The notes under the pieces were generated by a model that did no database searches, was not told the origin of the DNA, and saw only the letters and a program-made list of their open reading frames with translations. Of a DNA stretch of 35,917 nucleotides, positions 1-9,235 are shown piece after piece. How positions within the stretch are numbered: position 1 is the first letter of the stretch; each line of letters starts with the position of its first letter. The position numbers were made by a program, and so were the translations under genes. This stretch comes from a virus (taxonomy: Duplodnaviria > Caudoviricetes): positions 1-35,917 of IMG/VR virus record IMGVR_UViG_3300044637_000453; one strand, given 5' to 3'.

Positions 1-916
1 ATGAACCACTTATTCCGCTACTTCCAGAAGTTCCAGAAGAACCGCTTGTTCCAGATGAACCACTTGTTCCGCTACTTCCAGAAGTTCCAGAAGAGCCGCT
101 TGTTCCACTACTTCCAGAAGTTCCAGACGAACCACTTGTTCCGCTACTTCCAGAAGTTCCAGATGAACTGCTTGTGCCACTACTTCCAGAAGTTCCAGAT
201 GAACCACTTATTCCGCTACTTCCAGAAGTTCCAGAAGAACCGCTTGTTCCAGATGAACCACTTGTTCCGCTACTTCCAGAAGTTCCAGAAGAGCCGCTTG
301 TTCCACTACTTCCAGAAGTTCCAGAAGAACCGCTTGTTCCAGATGAACCACTTGTTCCGCTACTTCCAGAAGTTCCAGACGAACCACTTGTTCCGCTACT
401 TCCAGAAGTTCCAGAAGAACCGCTTGTTCCAGATGAACCACTTGTTCCGCTACTTCCAGAAGTTCCAGAAGAACCGCTTGTGCCACTACTTCCAGAAGTT
501 CCAGATGAACCACTTGTTCCGCTACTTCCAGAAGTTCCAGAAGAGCCGCTTGTACCACTACTTCCAGAAGTTCCAGATGAACCACTTGTTCCGCTACTTC
601 CAGAAGTTCCAGATGAACCACTTGTTCCGCTACTTCCAGAAGTTCCAGAAGAACCGCTTGTGCCAGAAGAGCCGCTTGTGCCACTACTTCCAGAAGTTCC
701 AGATGAACTACTTGTTCCGCTACTTCCAGAAGAACCGGATGAACCGCTTGTTCCAGAAGAACCGGATAAACCGCTTGTTCCAGAAGAACCAGATGAACCG
801 CTTGTTCCAGAAGAGCCAGATGAACCGCTTGTACCAGAAGAACCTGAAGTTCCACTGCTTCCGCTAGTACCACTTGATCCACTTGTGCCTGATGAACCAG
901 ATGGCCCTTGCACTCC
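1..916 (-). repeat. Coding tandem repeat: 36-nt unit (GGAACAAGTGGTTCATCTGGAACTTCTGGAAGTAGC, GTSGSSGTSGSS) mixed with 18-nt and 9-nt subunits
   Basis: Directly visible; the + strand shows recurring ccgctacttccagaagttccagatgaaccacttgtt. Gly occurs every third codon on the minus strand, with Gly-to-Ser breaks near 169 and 709. Confidence 0.95.
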
Positions 917-3631
917 TTCAATTTTACTTATTAAAATTCTACTTGCAGGATAATCGTTTCTTACATTTATATTTTGTGATGTCGAATCATTATGAAAAAC
1001 ATATATTTCAAAAAAATCATTATTTGCTAATGTTAATGTAGAACTAAAATTTATTACCGTATACTCATTATTAGTCGATACGCTATTATAAGAATATCTA
1101 CCTTGAAGAGAAGCTGTGTTTCCATTTTTAACTATAAATACCGATCTAGTAGTACCAGCGGTTCCCCCAGATGCCCAACTTACATAACCATCAATATTTA
1201 CAATATAAGACGCTCCAGAACTATTTGTAAATCTATTTGATGAACTAAAAGTTAAACCAGTAGACCCTTGACTATTTGCAGTATCAGCGGTATTCCAATC
1301 TACTATAGTATCTGTACTTGAAGTTATAGTTTGAGGAGTATTACTATATCTAGCTAAAGTATTAGCCACTGTTGGAGTGCCGCTTGTTCCTGACGAACCG
1401 CTGCTTCCACTAGTTCCGCTAGATCCTGAAGTTCCACTTGATCCAGAAGTTCCTGATGTACCACTAACAGGTGTGATTTCAATACCACGAAAAGTTAACA
1501 CATTTGCAGTTGTAGCTGATAACGCGAATAATATTGGCTTGGATATCTCACCATAAGCTGTCGGCTCAACTGATTGCCATGTTCCAGAAGTAGTCGTATT
1601 TAAAAAGTAAACAGTTCCAGCAATCAAACCCGACAAACCAGTTATCAATCCATCTACTACCACTTTAAAAGTATTTGCAGTTACCGACTTAACAACACCC
1701 AATACTTCTGCATGTGCGGCGCTGTCTGCTTGCGCTTTAAAATAATTTGTTCCATCGAATCTAATAACATCACCGGCAATAAAACCATGAGCAGCAACAG
1801 TAAACTCTTCAATTAAAGAAGTGCCGCTCCCTGTATCTAATTGTTTTTTTACAATGTTATCTTCAACTACTAATTTATATAAATTTTCTGAAGTTGTTGT
1901 TGTTGGCAATTCAGTAAACACTAAATTATTACTACCACTATAATACAACGTACCTGTTGTTAAACTATCTGAATCAGAAAATACTGGCAAATAGCCACTA
2001 ACACCAGATCCATCAATTACTTTTTTACCACTTAACGGACTAAGATTTATTGCTTGATTTATATATCCAGAACTAATATATAAAGTATCTGAGAATTCTG
2101 AAACAACCTCATCAGTATTAATTGCGCGAACTTTAACAAAATAATTAGCATCTTCTTTTACTGGAAAAATAAAAGATGGATCTATTGTAGAATATACAAA
2201 ATCAGCAAAACCAGTTATTCTTTTTGCTATTTGTATTCCTGTTACAGTATCATTTAAATCATTGAACCCACTAATATTAGGTGTGAAAATTGATAAATAT
2301 CTAACATCAGAATACGTGCCAGTATATACATTACCACTAAAATATCCACCACTTGGCAAAAAACTAAATTCATTATTACCAGTATAATCATAGCATAGAA
2401 AAACTTCTGAAGAATTTGAAATTCCAGAAGGTATTCTTATTTCTGTAATATAATTTATTCCTGTAGAGTATTGATCATAAATACCTGTTGGCAAAGAACC
2501 TAAATTATCAGTATAAATTGTATGGTCATTCCATCGTATTCCTGAAGACCCATAATTTTGAAAAATTGTACCAGATGAACTTAATCCAGTTCCAGTACCG
2601 TATAATATTGATGAAATTTTATCTAAAGATCTATTTTGTAAAAAATAATCGTATTTATTAGAGTTAGATCCACTCTCTTCAACTAAAACATGAAACGAAC
2701 AATCTTGAGACTCTGTAATCGCATCCCACTTCACAAAAATATTTAAATCTAATTCTTTAGAAGTCTTATTAAAATTATTAAACGCATAGCCAGTAACATT
2801 ATTTATTTTTTCTGGCAAAAATGCCTCAGAATAAGAAGACGGTTTTATACCTGAAGACGTTATTTTTTGACCGCTAGAAAAATAACTATAAGGAATCAAA
2901 TGAACATAATAAGGAAGCCTTATTTCATTATCTGTTAGTTGATTTTGATTTAATCGAATTAAATCTGGAACATAAACGTTATCTAAAGATGGAGCGTTAT
3001 AATTTGCGTAATATAAATAATCTTGACTTGAAGGATCAAAAGATTGACCAGTTGTTACAAATAAATCTAAAGATTCAATTATTTGTCTATCTGTATAGTT
3101 TAAATTTAAATTTGTTGTGTTATCTATGCTATAACCACTAATTTGTACACTTGGCACGCCAAAATTTATTAAAGCAGTTCCAGTGCTTGTTCTGCCTTGA
3201 AAATCTTGACTTACTATATCAATAAAAAATTGATTATAATTAACAGCACTATTTGATCCGGTAATCGATGAGAATATACTAAACAACTCTTGAGAAGTTA
3301 TTTTATAATTAGTTCTATTAAAAGCGTTAGTATCTGTAAAAATTAAACTTCTTCCAGTATCATAATAATTAACATAAAAACCAGAAAACCCCACATCGTT
3401 AACAAAAGAAGTAATTAAATCTTTAGTTATTGGTCTTTCTACAACCCAAGACAAAGAAACCTGATTTTCAGCCATGAAGCCGCTGACAAAGGAATTCGAA
3501 GGATCTATTCCAAAACTTGTTGGCGAATAAGTGGTATTCTTTGACGAAAAAATACCGTTTAAACTTAAATCAATATTTTTTATAGCAAAAGCGCTATCAT
3601 AATCAATTCCTGTGTTGCTAATGAATGCCAT
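1..3631 (-). CDS. Large tail fibre / virion surface protein with Gly-Thr-Ser/Gly-Ser-Ser collagen-like repeats and a C1q/BclA-CTD-like domain (3' partial, >1210 aa)
   Basis: ATG at 3631 (MAFISNTGIDYDSAFAIKNIDLSLNG...), 8 nt after the gpJ stop. The same frame reads HGFIAGDVIRFDGTNYFKAQAD near 1790, GTSGSSG repeats at about 1380-1465 and 2-916, and a beta-rich domain between them. It is missing from the ORF track, consistent with no stop before the window edge. Confidence 0.9.
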   Translation of the reverse strand, partial: MAFISNTGIDYDSAFAIKNIDLSLNGIFSSKNTTYSPTSFGIDPSNSFVSGFMAENQVSLSWVVERPITKDLITSFVNDVGFSGFYVNYYDTGRSLIFTDTNAFNRTNYKITSQELFSIFSSITGSNSAVNYNQFFIDIVSQDFQGRTSTGTALINFGVPSVQISGYSIDNTTNLNLNYTDRQIIESLDLFVTTGQSFDPSSQDYLYYANYNAPSLDNVYVPDLIRLNQNQLTDNEIRLPYYVHLIPYSYFSSGQKITSSGIKPSSYSEAFLPEKINNVTGYAFNNFNKTSKELDLNIFVKWDAITESQDCSFHVLVEESGSNSNKYDYFLQNRSLDKISSILYGTGTGLSSSGTIFQNYGSSGIRWNDHTIYTDNLGSLPTGIYDQYSTGINYITEIRIPSGISNSSEVFLCYDYTGNNEFSFLPSGGYFSGNVYTGTYSDVRYLSIFTPNISGFNDLNDTVTGIQIAKRITGFADFVYSTIDPSFIFPVKEDANYFVKVRAINTDEVVSEFSDTLYISSGYINQAINLSPLSGKKVIDGSGVSGYLPVFSDSDSLTTGTLYYSGSNNLVFTELPTTTTSENLYKLVVEDNIVKKQLDTGSGTSLIEEFTVAAHGFIAGDVIRFDGTNYFKAQADSAAHAEVLGVVKSVTANTFKVVVDGLITGLSGLIAGTVYFLNTTTSGTWQSVEPTAYGEISKPILFALSATTANVLTFRGIEITPVSGTSGTSGSSGTSGSSGTSGSSGSSGTSGTPTVANTLARYSNTPQTITSSTDTIVDWNTADTANSQGSTGLTFSSSNRFTNSSGASYIVNIDGYVSWASGGTAGTTRSVFIVKNGNTASLQGRYSYNSVSTNNEYTVINFSSTLTLANNDFFEIYVFHNDSTSQNINVRNDYPASRILISKIEGVQGPSGSSGTSGSSGTSGSSGTSGSSGTSGSSGSSGTSGSSGSSGTSGLSGSSGTSGSSGSSGSSGTSSSSGTSGSSGTSGSSGTSGSSGTSGSSGTSGSSGTSGSSGTSGSSGTSGSSGTSGSSGTSGSSGTSGSSGTSGSSGTSGSSGTSGSSGTSGSSGTSGSSGTSGSSGTSGSSGTSGSSGTSGSSGTSGSSGTSGSSGTSGSSGTSGSSGTSGSSGTSGSSGTSGSSGISGSSGTSGSSGTSSSSGTSGSSGTSGSSGTSGSSGTSGSSGTSGSSGTSGSSGTSGSSGTSGSSGISGS
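1378..1465 (-). repeat. Short second Gly-X-Ser repeat block (SGTSGTSGSSGTSGSSGTSGSSGSSGTSG)
   Basis: Translated by eye in the frame of the 3631 gene; synonymous codons are diverse, unlike the long block. Confidence 0.85.
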
Positions 3632-3639
3632 ATTATACT

Positions 3640-3645
3640 TTACAC
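3640..3645 (-). promoter_or_regulatory. GTGTAA motif (putative late promoter) before the 3631 fibre gene
   Basis: GTGTAA-N8-ATG; overlaps the gpJ stop codon. Confidence 0.55.
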
Positions 3646-6600
3646 ATTAATTAAACGCATATTGGAATCAAAAGCATACAAATCTATATCGAACACTACA
3701 GTATTATTGTTTTGTAATGATATGTTCTGTCCAAGAAAAATAGAAATTTTACCTGCTTGGTTCTTATATTGTTTAAATTTTAAAACTTTTCCATCTTTTA
3801 TGATTGTGCAGTATAAACCATTGATATATTTATTATTCTCTAATATAGAAAACAGTTTAATAAAATTAATCTCTATACTTAGGTAGTTTTTAAAATTGAA
3901 AGCGTCTGTTAAAATCTCATTTTCTATAGAAAAAGAATAATCAAAATTAATATTTATCGCTTGGATATAAGATAAAGGTGTTTGTTTTATGTTTTCATTT
4001 ATTACAGTATCAGAAAAAGCAGGTCTTATATAATCATCTGTAGCAAATATCACTTGTTTTTTATTGTATTGATTTTCATCTATATATTCATTTTTGTCCA
4101 CAACATCGAATTTTTCAGCATTGTATTTCATAGCTGAAATTCCATATTCGTTTGCAGACGCTTCATTCATACCTACAACTCTATATAAATCTTCTTGTTC
4201 AGCATCATTTTCTAAATATATAGAAAAATTAGCGTCAGATCTTAAATTAGAAAAGCTATTATACATTGGCAATGGATATCTAGAAAATGTTATTTCATTT
4301 ATTTTTGCAAATTGAGTATTAAAAGCTGCAACCGCATATAAAGGATTCCCTTTCGTTCTTGGCTGTGGATCTGTTAATTTTTGTTGATTTAAATAAAAAG
4401 TTACGTTAACTCCGTCATATGATATGGTCAATAAATCAGAACTTGTTATAGATTTATTAAAATTAAATGGAACCGCTACTGGATAACCAGGAAAAACTCC
4501 TAATAAATTTCCGCTATTTATATAAAAAGCATACTGAATATCTTCATAACTATTTGATATATTATTAGCAGAACTTAAACCACAAATAAAAATTTGAGAA
4601 ACTTCTGCAACTTTAAAAGAAATTTGACAATCTTCAACATAACTTTGCTTTGTAAAAGCTTTTTTATCCCAAGCTGCCGCTGAAATCAAATCAGACGATA
4701 AGGTTCTTCCATTATCAGAAGCTATAGCTTTGCTTTTTATATTCCAACTAAAATAATCATAAGGCAATAATTTTAATTTTAATTCTGAATTATCGCTTTC
4801 AAAAATACTCAACGTGCTTTCTAATGGTTCGTCGTTAACAATTGATAAAATTTTTATTCTTTTACCAATCACATCGTTTTTAAGCTCTCTATCAATATAT
4901 ATATAATTATTTTTAAAATCTAAAGACGTAACCTTTCCAAATTCCAATTTAGAATTTTTAAGATTATCTGCTATTCTAATTATATCTCCTATTTTTAAAA
5001 GACTAGCTTCTATACCAGTGGAAAAAGCAACTGTTTGCGACTCTAGTTTACCTGTTGTTAAAAACCATTTACCTATTCTTTCGGCTTGATACTTAGAAGT
5101 TATTCCAAAGCCTAATATTTCTTTTTCTATTAAACCGTATTTTTTTATTAATGCAGAATCTTCAACATAGACCACTTTATCTTTAAAATTATCTGTTTTG
5201 TCTAAATATGATACTTTAGCAACCGAATATGAAGATTCTAAATTAGAAGAGCTATAATTAAAAAGACCCTCTTTTACGTTTGAATTTGTAAAAACATAAG
5301 AAGTAGCTTTTTTCACATCTGTATTTAAATTTAAAAGACCATTTTTAAAATAAAAAATACCTCTAAAGACAGACGATAAATCACTTAATATTTTCAACCC
5401 CTCTGTGGCTTCATTTATATAGATATTAGCAGAAAATCTAGGTTCTAAAAAATCTCCATATTCTGGATGTTTTACAACACATTTTCCAGACGCTACATTT
5501 AAAGAGCTATCAAAAATCTTTTTATTTCTAAAAGATAACGATATGTTTTCAGCGGTAGAATCATATGTATTTATTGAATTTGATATATTATTTAAATACG
5601 ATATAGCAAAGCTTTTAGCGTTATCTTCTGTATTTAAAACTTCAGGATTCCCAACGATATACTGCTTTAAAGAATCATAAAATCTACCAGAATTATCAGA
5701 TTCAATAAATTTTCTAATACCAAAATCATTACATAACTTTATTTTTACTGTATTTCCTACTTTTGTTACTGACAATATAATTTTTTTAAAATTTATGTTT
5801 ATATTTTCATCAAGATTATTCTTTATATTATATAAATATATTATGCTTTTTTCTGGGTATCTAGTTTGTAATGTATTTAAAGCCTCAATTGAAGTAAAAG
5901 TTATTGTATTGTAATCTGTTTGATTTAATTGTATTTTATTATCGAAAGTGAATTCATCTTCTTTATATTTGGTTCCAGCATTAGTAATAACTAATTCATC
6001 GCAAAATTTAGATATTTTATATAACTCCCATTTATTTAAATCTTTTTCAGACATTGATGATTTAGCTAAACCGTATCTGCTATTTATACATAAATCATAA
6101 AAAATCCAAGCCGGATTATCAGTCCATTTTAATAATTTACTAAAATCTCCGCTCCAATCCTCATCGTATTGTCTAGCATCAGAGTCGTAATTATTCGGGA
6201 CTTTTACTTTTAATAATTTACAATCAAAACTTCTAACCGGAATATTAGCAAAGTGTTTAGCGCTAATTGTATTTTGACAAACCGCTGAATAAGGATAAGA
6301 AAACGCATAATCTACTCTTTCAACTATAGAATCTATTGAGAAACTTCTAGAATTATTACTTAATGTTCTATTTTTTGAACCAATTGCGGTCAATCTTTTT
6401 TCTACACTATACACATTTATTAAATATTCTGGAGGATTTCCAGATAAATTAGCTCCTCTCTTAAATTGTATTTGAATTGGTATTACAACAGGATTTCCTT
6501 TTGCAACAAAGTAAGATTGATAATAAAAATATGTTGTAGTTTTTTCTGTAACATTAGTAACCGATAATACAAAACGAATATTATTTCCACAAGTTTCTCC

Positions 6601-7350
6601 TTTTCCTCCTATATAAAAGCATGTATCTATTTTTACATTTACAGTCGCTGAAGTTATATATTTATTTTTTACATAATGAGAGAAGCTTCTCGCTTTATTT
6701 TTTAAATATATTAATTGTTGATATAATGGATTAGACGTTAAATCAGAAAACTGTTCTCCTATATACGATTTATCTAAATTATTAAAACTAGCTATATTTG
6801 GATCTTGATCTAAATCGTAAACTCTAGAATCATAAGAGTAGACACTGCTTGATATATCATTAAAATTGTTTACTTCATTTCCTAAAGTTAAATTAAAATT
6901 AGCTGCTGTTAAATTTAATAAATTTGTGTTTTTATCTTTTACTGAAATATCGTTGTAATAAATACCATAAGCTAATGAAGAATTTCTATTTTTAACCGTA
7001 GAATTCAAATCAAGCAAATTTAAAATATTACCATCTTTATCTACCAAACCTTCAATAGGCCCTTCACATAAAAGATCATTGCTTTCATAAAAAGATTCTG
7101 TATCTAAAGTCGCATCTGCTGTTATAAAAGAAGATGCATATGATATCGTAGAAACTAAATCATTTTCTATAAATATTTTAACTACATCTGCTCCAGATGA
7201 GGAAGCGCTTAAAGAAGATGTGTTTATTAATAAATTTGGATCTGAACTGTTAGAACCCTGCTGAACCTGATTTGAAGCTCCAATACTTTGCGGAATATCT
7301 CTTTCCATGTCTTCCGTTAATCTTACTGGATATATTGAATTCGCGCCCAT
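3640..7350 (-). CDS. Tip attachment / central tail fibre protein, lambda gpJ-like
   Basis: Motifs DLLCEGPIEGLV, KVKVPNNYD, WSGDF..WTDNPAWIFYDL..RYGL, CDELV, EPRF, GITSKYQAERIGKW, GDIIRIAD; position after L-K-I. Confidence 0.92.
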   Translation of the reverse strand: MGANSIYPVRLTEDMERDIPQSIGASNQVQQGSNSSDPNLLINTSSLSASSSGADVVKIFIENDLVSTISYASSFITADATLDTESFYESNDLLCEGPIEGLVDKDGNILNLLDLNSTVKNRNSSLAYGIYYNDISVKDKNTNLLNLTAANFNLTLGNEVNNFNDISSSVYSYDSRVYDLDQDPNIASFNNLDKSYIGEQFSDLTSNPLYQQLIYLKNKARSFSHYVKNKYITSATVNVKIDTCFYIGGKGETCGNNIRFVLSVTNVTEKTTTYFYYQSYFVAKGNPVVIPIQIQFKRGANLSGNPPEYLINVYSVEKRLTAIGSKNRTLSNNSRSFSIDSIVERVDYAFSYPYSAVCQNTISAKHFANIPVRSFDCKLLKVKVPNNYDSDARQYDEDWSGDFSKLLKWTDNPAWIFYDLCINSRYGLAKSSMSEKDLNKWELYKISKFCDELVITNAGTKYKEDEFTFDNKIQLNQTDYNTITFTSIEALNTLQTRYPEKSIIYLYNIKNNLDENININFKKIILSVTKVGNTVKIKLCNDFGIRKFIESDNSGRFYDSLKQYIVGNPEVLNTEDNAKSFAISYLNNISNSINTYDSTAENISLSFRNKKIFDSSLNVASGKCVVKHPEYGDFLEPRFSANIYINEATEGLKILSDLSSVFRGIFYFKNGLLNLNTDVKKATSYVFTNSNVKEGLFNYSSSNLESSYSVAKVSYLDKTDNFKDKVVYVEDSALIKKYGLIEKEILGFGITSKYQAERIGKWFLTTGKLESQTVAFSTGIEASLLKIGDIIRIADNLKNSKLEFGKVTSLDFKNNYIYIDRELKNDVIGKRIKILSIVNDEPLESTLSIFESDNSELKLKLLPYDYFSWNIKSKAIASDNGRTLSSDLISAAAWDKKAFTKQSYVEDCQISFKVAEVSQIFICGLSSANNISNSYEDIQYAFYINSGNLLGVFPGYPVAVPFNFNKSITSSDLLTISYDGVNVTFYLNQQKLTDPQPRTKGNPLYAVAAFNTQFAKINEITFSRYPLPMYNSFSNLRSDANFSIYLENDAEQEDLYRVVGMNEASANEYGISAMKYNAEKFDVVDKNEYIDENQYNKKQVIFATDDYIRPAFSDTVINENIKQTPLSYIQAININFDYSFSIENEILTDAFNFKNYLSIEINFIKLFSILENNKYINGLYCTIIKDGKVLKFKQYKNQAGKISIFLGQNISLQNNNTVVFDIDLYAFDSNMRLINV

Positions 7351-7353
7351 AAA

Positions 7354-7863
7354 TTAATTATTATTAATTTTATTTGTTAATATTACATCATTGGCAACAA
7401 CGATACTTCCTATTTTCAATCTTCCATAACCTATAGGAATTGACACGTTTCTTTTAGTTACGTTTTCATAACCAGAAAAGAGTCTTGAATTATTTTTAAT
7501 ATCTTTTGGGGCTTTTGGAGTCATTAAACTGGTTATTAACATTGAAATTCCTGTCGATATCGCTATCAAAAGAATAGCAATTAATATATCAAAACCAAGT
7601 GTTGATCCCAATATCAATGGAACAACCTCTATTTTCGAATCTTTTTTTAATATTGGCGAATTAAAATATTCATGAGCTACTGGTTTATCATCAACATATA
7701 TGATAAAGTGTGTTAAATATTCCTGAAAATTACCCAAAGCTTCTAACAATTTTCCACTATTAGCCTCAATAGCTTCAAATGCTTCAAAAACAGTTTTGAC
7801 ATTTAAATGCCATTCTGTTTTCACATAGTTTTCGAAAATACCATGTAATTTAATATTAACCAT
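7354..7863 (-). CDS. Tail assembly protein, lambda gpI-like (ubiquitin-like N-domain, hydrophobic helix)
   Basis: IKLHG..., IEVVPLILGS, hydrophobic segment, C-terminal IPIGYGRLKIGSIVV; lies between K and J. Confidence 0.88.
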   Translation of the reverse strand: MVNIKLHGIFENYVKTEWHLNVKTVFEAFEAIEANSGKLLEALGNFQEYLTHFIIYVDDKPVAHEYFNSPILKKDSKIEVVPLILGSTLGFDILIAILLIAISTGISMLITSLMTPKAPKDIKNNSRLFSGYENVTKRNVSIPIGYGRLKIGSIVVANDVILTNKINNN

Positions 7864-7866
7864 ATA

Positions 7867-8205
7867 TTATATTAATTTACACTTCTTTTCTTTAAAGATG
7901 TTTTGTTTAATATCATAGATAATCATATTTAAATTATGATATTTTTGATAAAATAAATCAACATTAGAAAAATCAAAGCTTTCAGGATGACTATGAAAAT
8001 AGTATAAAATTGTGTAATTATTTTTTATTTGCAAGTAATCTTTAGGAGAAACTAAAACGTGATTTTGTTTTTCTGGGTGTTTATTATCGACTGGAATGAA
8101 TTTAATTACCGAGTCTTTTTCTACAATAAACCCACAAACCTCTTCATTAGCATTTTTATTAGAATAAGATCGCAATTCATCATGTATTTCAGGTTTTAGA
8201 TTCAT
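7867..8205 (-). CDS. JAB/MPN (JAMM) metalloprotease domain protein, gpK-like, without NlpC/P60 domain
   Basis: EEVCGFI and HSHP-x4-FS-x2-D JAMM motif. Start moved to ATG 8205 (MNLKPE), which limits the overlap with L. Confidence 0.85.
   Translation of the reverse strand: MNLKPEIHDELRSYSNKNANEEVCGFIVEKDSVIKFIPVDNKHPEKQNHVLVSPKDYLQIKNNYTILYYFHSHPESFDFSNVDLFYQKYHNLNMIIYDIKQNIFKEKKCKLI
7877..7882 (-). promoter_or_regulatory. GTGTAA motif before the gpI-like gene
   Basis: GTGTAA-N13-ATG. Confidence 0.5.
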
Positions 8206-9235
8206 TGTTGTATGGGAATGTAGCTGGAAAGGCCCCAAATGGTAAATACGGCTTATCCTTAGTTAAATTAACATTATCATTAAATCTTAATCTACATCCT
8301 CTTAAAGTACGCGAGCATTTATCTTGTTTCCAAACGTCAGTATTTTGTGAAGGATATTTATTTACATTATTAATTATGCAAACAAAATAATTTTTTGGTT
8401 TGTTTAAAGAAACTATTTCCGATTCATCGTTTTCTAAATTAGCGTTAGAAACAGCATCTACATAAATAAAATCTCCAACCACATAAGAAGTGGTAGCCAA
8501 CCATTCATTTTTATATGTTAAGCTCGTTAAATTATAACTGCCATTATAAGGTAAATCATATAAATCTCCTGAATTAGTGCTATTCGCTTTTTTAACAAAA
8601 ACTTTATCATTTTCATCAGCAACTGGCGCTCCTAAATAACCGTTGAAACCACCCGCTATTGTTACTGGTAATTTAGGCCCTGAATAATCTCTATTGTTTC
8701 CATAATTACATCCATAACATCTATAATTCCACGAACACGTATCATTAGTAATTTTTCTTGCAGGAATAGATAATGATTCAACATCGACTTTTGTTGTTAA
8801 TTCCAACTCTACTAAATTTAAATTTTCTGCAATCTTTGCGTTTACCACAAACCTATCAAACGCTATATAAGTATTAAAACTAGATATTCCATATGGATTA
8901 ATGTTATTTTCAAAATTACTAACGTCTAAATCTTTAGCTAATATTTTTTTTCTATTAAAATTTTTACCTATAAGATCGTTTCTGTCTTGCAACACTTTAG
9001 AAAAATAATTATTTATATTACCGATTTGCAATTTAGGTCTACTTTGCCTACCGTCCGAGGAGGTTTCATAAGAAGAAAACTCACAAGGTATAAAAATATA
9101 TTCTTTATTTTGGAAAAATAAATTTTTGTTAAAATTCTTAGACCCATGAAATCTTAAATACCCTTCGTTAGATTCCAATTCTATTTCAAATAAATCTAAT
9201 ATTACATAATTATTAAGTTTAAATAAAGTGTTCAT
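8189..9235 (-). CDS. Minor tail protein, lambda gpL-like
   Basis: LDLFEI, SDGRQSRPKLQIGN, IPARKI, cysteine set CSWNYRCYGC...KCSRTLRGCRLRF, LPFGAFP. Confidence 0.92.
   Translation of the reverse strand: MNTLFKLNNYVILDLFEIELESNEGYLRFHGSKNFNKNLFFQNKEYIFIPCEFSSYETSSDGRQSRPKLQIGNINNYFSKVLQDRNDLIGKNFNRKKILAKDLDVSNFENNINPYGISSFNTYIAFDRFVVNAKIAENLNLVELELTTKVDVESLSIPARKITNDTCSWNYRCYGCNYGNNRDYSGPKLPVTIAGGFNGYLGAPVADENDKVFVKKANSTNSGDLYDLPYNGSYNLTSLTYKNEWLATTSYVVGDFIYVDAVSNANLENDESEIVSLNKPKNYFVCIINNVNKYPSQNTDVWKQDKCSRTLRGCRLRFNDNVNLTKDKPYLPFGAFPATFPYNNESKT

Noticed and set aside
1-916. Possible CRISPR array or non-coding satellite
   Set aside because: No unique spacers, unit lengths are multiples of 9 nt, and variation is mostly synonymous in the coding frame.
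1-953. ORF-track proteins 1..867 (+), 174..953 (+), 10..207 (-) and 208..921 (-)
   Set aside because: Shadow frames of the GTSGSS repeat. The real frame is the minus-strand one continuous with the 3631 ATG.
8206-8238. Longer start for the JAB gene
   Set aside because: Lies within the conserved LPFGAFP end of gpL; ATG 8205 is more plausible.
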